From Tubiluchus corallicola (Eukaryota; Animalia; Priapulida): DNA of 64,000 nucleotides. Each line of letters begins with the position of its first letter. Position 1 is the stretch's first letter. Made by a program: the position numbers and the translations under genes. The stretch is taken from positions 1-64,000 of the forward strand of contig JAQGDQ010000281.1 of assembly GCA_030141605.1 (NCBI GenBank), given 5' to 3'. The notes below the pieces were generated by a model. The model was not told the origin of the DNA. It saw only the letters and a list, made by a program, of their open reading frames with translations, and did no database searches. Shown here one piece after another: positions 55,898 to 64,000 of this stretch.

Positions 55898-56560
55898 TAT
55901 GTTTAAAGTTTTTGAACAGAACTATATTTATAAGTAATGACAGACTGCTTAAAAGGGTAATATCCTTTACAGTGAATAGCAGTCTAAGTGGGTTAGAAAA
56001 ACTATCTTTTTAGCAGACAAATTTAATTTAAAAGTCTTCGAAACATTATGGTACTAAGAGAGCTTCCACAGGATGGGTTGTCGAAGTAAATGCAGTATAT
56101 CTTAGTGAAAAAGGTTGGAATCAGATAACTTGAACAAAAGCTGAGGGAAAAGAGTTTACAACTATTGCAGAAGAAATTTGAAACATGTTCTACGGCTAAT
56201 ATGTATTTGAATAATAAACCACGACCTTATTTTGAAAGCTGAATGAATGATATGCTTAATAGTGAGTTGCTGGAGAGGCCAGAACTAGAGCAATGAGAAT
56301 AATGGAAAACCATTATTTAAGTGGAAGATAGCTGTATGTGATACGTAGTGTAAGTGTGGTTTGGACTTGGAAGATTTGCAACATATTTTACTGTACTGTT
56401 CTTATTATGAACATGAAAGAAAAAATACTGTTTAGGAAAGGGTGTCAAATGAAAATCGTGTGAGTTCATTATTCCAAAACATAAATTGTGGAAAAAAGCT
56501 TCTTGGTGACATAATGAAGAAACATTGTGAGATAGGTATTGCAAGTTTTGTCTATTTTTT
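55490..56560 (+). mobile_element. Fossil non-LTR retrotransposon fragment interrupted by (GA)n
   Basis: Remnant frames LKFLNRTIFISNDRLLKRV, FLADKFNL; patchy nucleotide similarity to the reverse complement of 41180-41400. Confidence 0.5.
55814..55895. repeat. Pure (GA)n microsatellite, ~41 units
   Basis: Direct reading. Confidence 0.97.
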
Positions 56561-56594
56561 TATTTTCAGGCGCATGACAGTTTTGATTGCTCAC

Positions 56595-57300
56595 CTTGGT
56601 GCAAAAAGATCAAATAACTGAAATGAACAGAATCCATCTAGAGGAAGAAGCTACTCTCTGACATTTCAATTTTTAAAATGAAAATGCCACATGTAAATAC
56701 GCCTTTTCGCGTGAAACACGACATGTGAAGGTGTGACTCATGTAGCCTAACGAACCACAAATGCTTTAGAATTATTTTCTACCTAAATGAGCATTTCTGA
56801 CACGAGGGGAGACGGGAGAAGCAATGATTGAATAGCAATGCCAAACGCCTAAGTAACGTAGAAGATAACGTTCGGAGTAGACAAACGTGAGAAAACTACC
56901 TAAAAGAAATCTGTTTCAAGAAAATTACACTGACGGATATCACAGAGGATCAGATCCACGAATACTAAAATTTCTAATACATTTTTGACGAAACTTGAAT
57001 TATTGTGATTTTGTATAAAATATAAACTGACAACATGGTAATGCTTTAATCTCCATTGCTCAATTCAAACTGTGTTAATTGCACAAACAGCGCGCAACAG
57101 GCAAGGCTAGCAGCAAGGTACAGCATGGTACGAAAAAATAGCTCAAAAGCACGGTACGGATGTACTTTATTTTTTCAACAGTACGGTACGGTCCGAAATT
57201 ATTTTCGTATTTTTATCTGCACCATTTTCCTCAATTTCTTGTTATGCTTCTATAGTCAGCAACTCAGTATGGTTTGCCAGTAGGTGGGCTCTATTGTTTT
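56595..57300. promoter_or_regulatory. Probable bidirectional promoter and 5'UTR exons of NELFCD (-) and TM9SF1 (+)
   Basis: CpG-enriched; minus-strand donor AAG|GTGAGC at 56594; plus-strand donor TAG|GTGGGC near 57284; unpaired acceptors just before both ATGs (53873, 61691). Confidence 0.5.
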
Positions 57301-57465
57301 CTCCCAATTAATGCAAAGCACAAGCAAATAAAACCGCTAAATTAGTTCTTTTTAAGTGCAAAAGCCTGTAGTTGCTTGGAAGTACCAGTTGTCATTTCCC
57401 GTAAATTACGTTTATTGTTGTGTTACGAGCGGAGCAGGACACTAAGCGTACAAGTTACGTACTAG

Positions 57466-57583
57466 ACGTGGGCTAGGCCAAGTAGGATAATTGTCGTGCG
57501 TGGGCTAGCCCAAGTAGGACGCACCGTACATGGGCTGGCTCAAGTAAAACGCATTGTACATGGGCTGCCCAAGAAGGACACTA
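57466..57583. repeat. Four imperfect ~30-bp tandem repeats (core TGGGCTAGCCCAAGTAGGAC)
   Basis: Direct reading. Confidence 0.85.
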
Positions 57584-60500
57584 GAGACGTCACGAATTGA
57601 GTTGTTAACCGTACTAGCAGTGTTCGTTGTCCTTGCTTATTTAATAATAACAATTAAGAACGCTTTGAATAATTCGTTATACATCTGGCAAAATAGAAGA
57701 ATCTTATTCTCAGCTAGTAGAATGGTCAATATTACATTTGGCTTCAATATTAATCTTTTTGAAGTGAATAAACTTGCTTTTTAGGTGATTCCAACATTTG
57801 CTTAAGGTATATCATTTTTATTTTTTCTTGCTTCACAGGCAGATGATCCGTTTCACTACCCCTTGGACAAATAATTATTTCCTACTAAGTAAACTGGCTA
57901 GCGAGCTATGTGCCCTACATAATTTCTGTCTTTAAAGCATTATATAGTTAGCTTAATGTTATGATGATGTTAATGGAGCTAATAATAATGATGATATTAT
58001 TGTAAAAAATACATTTTTAAATTGTCAAGGACTATCCGTCATTATTATTAAGTTACTTTTTCTAAAACAAATTTAGTTTTATGTTTTATTATGTCATAAT
58101 TCTCAATTCTCGACAGAAATCGCCAGTGCCCTATTTTGGCTGCCCATGCACGACACTGCTTTTCCGCAAATTTAACACATGCACTTTAGCGAAAATACAC
58201 CAATTCATGTAAGCCACTATTTTAACTGCTATTTCTAGCTGTTCTGTAATAATTTACTGCATATCTCAAGCAATGCAGATTCTGTTGAAACAAGAGCATT
58301 TCAAAATGTATGTTGTTAATGAGGAATGCTTAGAATTTTTTGTGCAAAAGAGTAACTTTCAACTTCAGAATAAATAACAAGCAACTGCTGTTTTTAATGT
58401 CATTATTTTGTTCTTAATATTAACATCTGGCAGACTGCTTTTTTATATATTACATACAGCATAGTTTGTATGGTAAAGATTTGGAATCTAAAATAAACAA
58501 TATGGAAGTACAAACAACACTTCTTTTTTAAACAATGCATAAATTCATAACAGGAATTAGGAATTAATTGTATTTTATTGTTTTACAATTAGCTTTTATG
58601 CCACTAATGTGCCAGCTCATACAAGCACTTGGTACGGAATATGATACAGATAAGCGAATTCCAAAAATAAACGTTTTTGGAGTGGTAATTATAGTTGATC
58701 ACTGTCACCGAACATGCTAGCATTGCCATCATACCGATCAGATTATCAGAAATTTGAAAAAAATCTCAAATGCGGTGAATATTAAATATTGTAGACTTTG
58801 TGTGGGTTTTGTGTCAATAGTACTGCTCGTGCATAGTAACGGCAGTGCGTTTTCTTGCTTGAGGAAATCTGAGGACAGTGTGTTCTTATTACATTGCTTT
58901 TGATAAATTATAAATGTCTTGTGGTCATTATGATCCGCCTCTCATACAACCCATGATTACTCAACAAAATAAAATAGTTAAACGACAAGAAAAGCCCTAG
59001 TTAAGACAAGTCTCAGGAAATGTTTGGTAAAAAATTACAATGGCTAGAGGCAATCTTAAGCGTTTATCATAGTCACGTTAAAGGAATTTCCTGTTTGTTT
59101 TCATTTTAAATGCTCCTGCGAGACTGTTACGGCCATGCTATATTAGATGACGTTACACCCGCACAACACAAATCTATATAGTACGCACTCAGAACTCACT
59201 GTGAGTCAGAACCATTCGCTAGCGGAATGTACAGTACGCCCCGAACTTTCAACTTTCATTCTTTCACAGTGTAACGTTTGCTTGCATCTATCAAATTCCT
59301 GTTAAACTCAGCCTACTTAAACTAACTGATACACATAATTAGAACTGGCCAAATTTACGTACAAATTTGAACATCAATGGCTTCTTAATTTATGTGCAAA
59401 TTATTAGACTCCGTTCCTAACGTTCATTTTTATTATACAAGATCTGCTGTAAATCATTCTTTCTATATTGGACGTTTTAATACTACACTGGGACAAAAAT
59501 CATTAACATACCAGGATGCAAAACTGGAATTCTTTAGCCCCTCAAATTATAACTTCTGGCACTCTTAACATAATAAAAGATATAAAAAGGACTTGCTGTT
59601 GACCTATACTATTTGATGTAAGCATAAATATTTTCAAAAATTTGTATTCCATTCAGAATTTTTTTGGTAACGAGAATTTATGTTCTTTTTGTTTTGTTTT
59701 GCTTAAATATTAATGAATGTGTTTTTGAGTTATGTTTTGATTTGGTTTTTCTTTGTTTCAATGGTTCGACTTTTTTTGAGTTGTTCCATAGTTTGTTGCA
59801 CAATTATTTTGAACCTTAGTGCATGTATTTATTTTCATAATTATTACATTTAAATGTGCGTGCTGCTTTAGTTGCTTAAAATTATATTACCACAATTAAT
59901 TTTGTTTTAACATTAATTTTGTTAATTTTAAATTGTACTTTTGTTTATTATTCAGTTCTCCTATTGTGAAACTATCATTATTTTACCGTGTCCAAGTGTT
60001 CAGCATCTTTATGAATTTTATGAAATGAATTTCACATCCATTAACTTATCTAGCCATGTATGAAAACTATAGAATTGTTAAAATAAGGGTGGCTGACTTA
60101 GTTGACTTGTACTTTGTTTTTTATAATTGTAATTTTTTGCCATAGTACATTATTGGACTTGTGCAATAATGTTGCATTGAATTGAATTGTTTACTTTTTT
60201 GACGCACAGAGGGCGGGCAAGCGCTAATCGTGAACGTGGCTGGCATTAACATCGTTAACATTATTATTTTTATGTAATGCAGTGGATTAAACTTTGATTT
60301 TGTATAAATAAAGTTCAGCATTTGTTTGAGACTGGATAACTTTAAAGAGCTTGAAGGGTAGGCTATTGAAACTTGAATTTAACGGTGTGCCTTGTCTGAG
60401 ATTGCACTAGATAATCATAACGTGAAGTAAAATAATTTATTTGTCTCTAAATTTTACAAAATAAAAAAATAATGATCCTTATTTTTTTCAAAATGACCAA

Positions 60501-60669
60501 CCGATAGAGTATAAGAACTGCCTGAAAATTATAGATTTTGTTTGGCTCCGCGATAATCATCAAAACAATAAAATTTAACAAGCATTGTAATAGACAGAAG
60601 TACAACTTCTTTAGATTATACATTAATAAATCCAGCGGTGAATACTGGATAAGAGATATGCTGAAAGAT

Positions 60670-61530
60670 GTTATGGTATTGTTCTGGATGATCTGCCCAC
60701 CATCCGTCAAGTTGTCTTTTAAAATGATCCCGACGTCTTTCATTGCTAACATGGTTACCCAACCAGTGATACCCGGAAAGTGAAATTATTCTCGTTTTTG
60801 CATATTGGCTTACAGATCTTGCGCCTTCACCCCTATAATTGACTTGAAAGTAATGCTCAGGATTTAGTTTGGTATCATTGTTGAAAATTCAAAATGTGGT
60901 TAACACATCTTTGTGTTTTCCCCTGTGAGTTTTAACCTCTGCACGCGTTCGGAATATGATAGACCATGCATGCAATGCAGGTACCAGCTTGGTTGCTTGT
61001 CTCTTTTGGATAGCATGTTATGTCTCCATAATCCATTATTGGGCATGCAAAGGTTTTGTAAGGGATTAAAAACATATCGCAGTCTAGGTATACGAATGCC
61101 CTGCGAATAGACGACAGCCGTTTCCGAGTAGACTTCATCAATATGTCCCTTGAAGGACAATGAGTTATTGATGTAGGCACCAAGATCTTTTTGTGTTTGA
61201 TTACTAGTAATAAGTGCAGGTTGTCCACTCTTGTCGAGCATGGTGTATTTAAAATTGTTGGAGTTTTTGCCTATAGAGTACCTTACACTTATCGCTGTTG
61301 AATGGCATTTGCCAATTTCATGATCAAGCATCCAAGATCTTGACCTCATTCTGCAGTGTATCATAGTCACTGTAAAATGCAATTTGCCGGTAGATTTTAG
61401 TATCATCAGCGAACATTTTAACCATCGAAGCCACATTGTCAGGAATGCCGTTGACTTATAATACAAAATGCAATGGTCCTAACACACTCCCTTGTGGCAC
61501 CCCACTATTGACTTCAGTGATAGAGGAAAA
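60670..61530 (-). mobile_element. 5'-truncated CR1-type LINE fossil (RT and C-terminus)
   Basis: Minus-strand SGVPQGSVLGPLHF, KMFADDTKIY, WQMPFNSDKCKV, KDLGAYI, YKTFACPIMDYG, FKRQLDGWW, with stops and frameshifts. Confidence 0.9.
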
Positions 61531-61750
61531 TGCTGTTTATAGCAGCATGTTTACTTGTAATAAATTTTTCAGCTTGATGCATTTTCACTGGGAAATTACA
61601 CTAATCTTATGTAATCATTAATGTAAATTATAAAAACTTACGCACATGTCTTGTGATATGAATAGCTGATCAAATTTTAACTTTTTTTCAGTAAAAGGAT
61701 GTCAATTTGATGAGCAAAGTGAAGTGCAGTCGTGAAGTGTAAACACCATT

Positions 61751-63523
61751 ATGGCTGTTCTGGTAGCATTAATCACTGTACTTATTAGTTTATTATCAGC
61801 CTCGCCTATTTCTGTGGCTCGTGAATCTAAATATAAGGACAATGAAAAAGTTATTTTATATGCGAATAAGGTGGGTCCGTACTTTAACCCTCATGAAACT
61901 TATCATTACTATTCATTGCCTGTGTGTCGGCCAGACAAAGTAGAGCATAAAAGCTTAACTTTAGGTGAAGTTTTAGATGGTGATCGCATGGCTGTGTCAA
62001 CGTATGAAATCTTATTCAAAAAAGATGAAGAAGCAAAAACCTTGTGTACAGTGACACTGCAACAAAAAGATATTGACGAACTTAAATCAGCCATTGAAGA
62101 CTTATACTACTTTGAGTTTATATTAGATGAACTGCCGTTACGTGGTTTCATTGGCCATTTAAGTGAAAGTGGATTTTTACCACATCGTCATGAAGTATTT
62201 CTCTGGGTTCATCATCACTTTAGGATTGAGCACAATGGCAATCAAATTATTGCTGCCAATGTTACAACAAAAGATCACCAACCAATCAACCTGGATAATG
62301 TCCAAGAACGCACAGAGATCACCTTTACATACAGTGTAAAGTGGTTAAAAAGTGATGCTAAGTATGAAGAACGTCAAAAGCGGTTGCATGATAGCAGTTT
62401 TTTCCCCAAGACTCTTGAAATCCACTGGTTGTCTATCATAAATTCAATGGTTTTAGTTTTCCTCTTAATTGGTTTTGTCATCATCATACTTACACGAGTA
62501 TTGAAGAATGATTTCGCAAAGTCTAATATGGATCCCGATGAGGAAGATCTTGACGTTGACGACAATGGCTGGAAAATCATACACACAGATGTTTTCCGAT
62601 TTCCGCCCTACAAATCTCTGTTCTGTGCTGTTCTCGGAGTTGGTTCGCAGTTTCTAGCTCTGGCCACTGGCATAATAGTGATGGCATTGATTGGGATTTT
62701 TAACGTTCACCGTCATGGTTCGATGAACACGGCTGCCGTCATTTTGTATGCTTTTACATCCATCATTGCTGGATATGTATCTGGCAAGACTTACAAGGAA
62801 ATGAAAGGAGACAGTTGGGTTTGGAATATAAATTTAACCACTTGCCTTTTTGCAGTGCCTTTTTTCATCATTTGGAGCATTTTGAACACAGTAGCTTGGA
62901 TTTACCATTCCACACAGGCGTTGCCCTTCACCACCGTCCTATTGCTTATGTGTATCTGGTTACTGGTCGGCTACCCACTTACAGTTTTGGGCGGAATCAT
63001 AGGCAAGAACTTTTCTGGAAGTTTTGACGCTCCATGCAGAACAAAAAACATTCCCCGAGAAATCCCGTCAGTACCGTGGTATCGCACAACAGTGGCACAT
63101 ATGCTTATTGGAGGCTTTCTCCCATTCAGCGCTATATCCGTGGAGTTGTATTATATATTCGCCACACTATGGGGACGTGAGATGTACACACTGTATGGCG
63201 TACTATTCATCGTTTATACCATTTTGATCAGCGTTACAGCATGCATTTCTGTAGCACTCACTTATTTTCAGCTCTCTGCAGAGGATTATCGTTGGTGGTG
63301 GCGTTCAATTTTCGGAGCTGGGTCTACAGGTGGTTTCGTCTTTTGTTATGCATTGTTTTACTATTTTCAGAGGTCAAACATGACGGGAATACTGCAAACG
63401 GCTCAATTTTTTGGTTATACCCTCCTGTCCTGTTATATCTTTTTCCTGATGCTTGGAACAGTATCTTATTTTGCATCTGTAAAATTTATTAGATACATCT
63501 ATAAAAATATTCACATGGACTAA
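61751..63523 (+). CDS. TM9SF1: Transmembrane 9 superfamily member 1 (nonaspanin), 590 aa, single coding exon
   Basis: Signal peptide; [88 protein letters not shown]; nine hydrophobic segments. Confidence 0.97.
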   Translation: MAVLVALITVLISLLSASPISVARESKYKDNEKVILYANKVGPYFNPHETYHYYSLPVCRPDKVEHKSLTLGEVLDGDRMAVSTYEILFKKDEEAKTLCTVTLQQKDIDELKSAIEDLYYFEFILDELPLRGFIGHLSESGFLPHRHEVFLWVHHHFRIEHNGNQIIAANVTTKDHQPINLDNVQERTEITFTYSVKWLKSDAKYEERQKRLHDSSFFPKTLEIHWLSIINSMVLVFLLIGFVIIILTRVLKNDFAKSNMDPDEEDLDVDDNGWKIIHTDVFRFPPYKSLFCAVLGVGSQFLALATGIIVMALIGIFNVHRHGSMNTAAVILYAFTSIIAGYVSGKTYKEMKGDSWVWNINLTTCLFAVPFFIIWSILNTVAWIYHSTQALPFTTVLLLMCIWLLVGYPLTVLGGIIGKNFSGSFDAPCRTKNIPREIPSVPWYRTTVAHMLIGGFLPFSAISVELYYIFATLWGREMYTLYGVLFIVYTILISVTACISVALTYFQLSAEDYRWWWRSIFGAGSTGGFVFCYALFYYFQRSNMTGILQTAQFFGYTLLSCYIFFLMLGTVSYFASVKFIRYIYKNIHMD

Positions 63524-64000
63524 TTTATGAAGTGATAGTGTCATGTTCATTAGTGATCAAATGCAGTGTTAATGCACAGTTTAAGTTTGAATTGTTATAT
63601 TTCAATATTTTGTGTTATATGTCACATGGTTATTGCGCAATGTCAGTGTATGTATATATATTTTGTGATGTCTATACTTTTATTATAATTATTCAGCAAT
63701 TTCCTGTGAATTGGTTTTAAAATTTTCTCTGTACATTTACGGAGCTGCTCTTCCCATAGTGACATATGAGGCTAAACCAAACCATTTTTATCTGGTAAAC
63801 TACTGTGGCTATCGAGTCTGAAATTTCAAATGTGATTTGTGAGCTTGCAAACTTTTGCATCTAGTTTTGTGATACTTATCACTGATGAACTATAAATAGT
63901 ACATTAAATTACTGTTTTACTTATTATTTGTAGATTCTGCACGAGTTCATGATTTCATTTGGAGAAAAGAATGAAAAAAGACACATTTTCTAAATATTTT

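Noticed and set aside
55786-56013. ER-repeat ORF
   Set aside because: (GA)n inside a LINE fossil.
57466-57583. CRISPR-like repeats
   Set aside because: Eukaryotic context, degenerate units and no spacer-length unique sequences.
60900-61466. 188-aa ORF as a host gene
   Set aside because: Frameshifted patchwork of a dead CR1 reverse transcriptase.
61909-63492. Short overlapping or antisense ORFs within TM9SF1
   Set aside because: Shadow frames of a conserved CDS.

Overview
AT-rich, intron-rich eukaryotic genomic DNA, apparently from an invertebrate animal (taxon cannot be fixed from sequence alone). Most ORF-track entries are spurious, so I assembled genes exon by exon using GT-AG sites, phase continuity and recognisable protein motifs. 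Five genes: (1) 5' end of a glucokinase regulatory protein (GCKR/MurQ-family SIS) homolog on the minus strand, running off the left edge; (2) a complete Src42A/FRK-type tyrosine kinase (+, 9 coding exons, 543 aa, with a 10.7-kb intron); (3) a complete THOC1/Hpr1 (-, 20 coding exons, 672 aa, C-terminal death domain); (4) a complete NELF-C/D (TH1L) (-, 15 coding exons, 589 aa); (5) TM9SF1 (+, intronless 590-aa CDS). The arrangement is GCKR<- ->Src42A-> <-THOC1 <-NELFCD ->TM9SF1. Introns carry a 2.9-kb TTAA-flanked element with ~490-bp TIRs (Sola3-like), hAT-type MITEs, LINE/CR1 fossils, tRNA-like SINE heads and microsatellites. The best leads are a consensus recursive splice site in the long Src intron, the invertebrate GCKR homolog, and an orphan exon between NELFCD and THOC1 that could end one ORF and start the other. 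None is proven from sequence alone.
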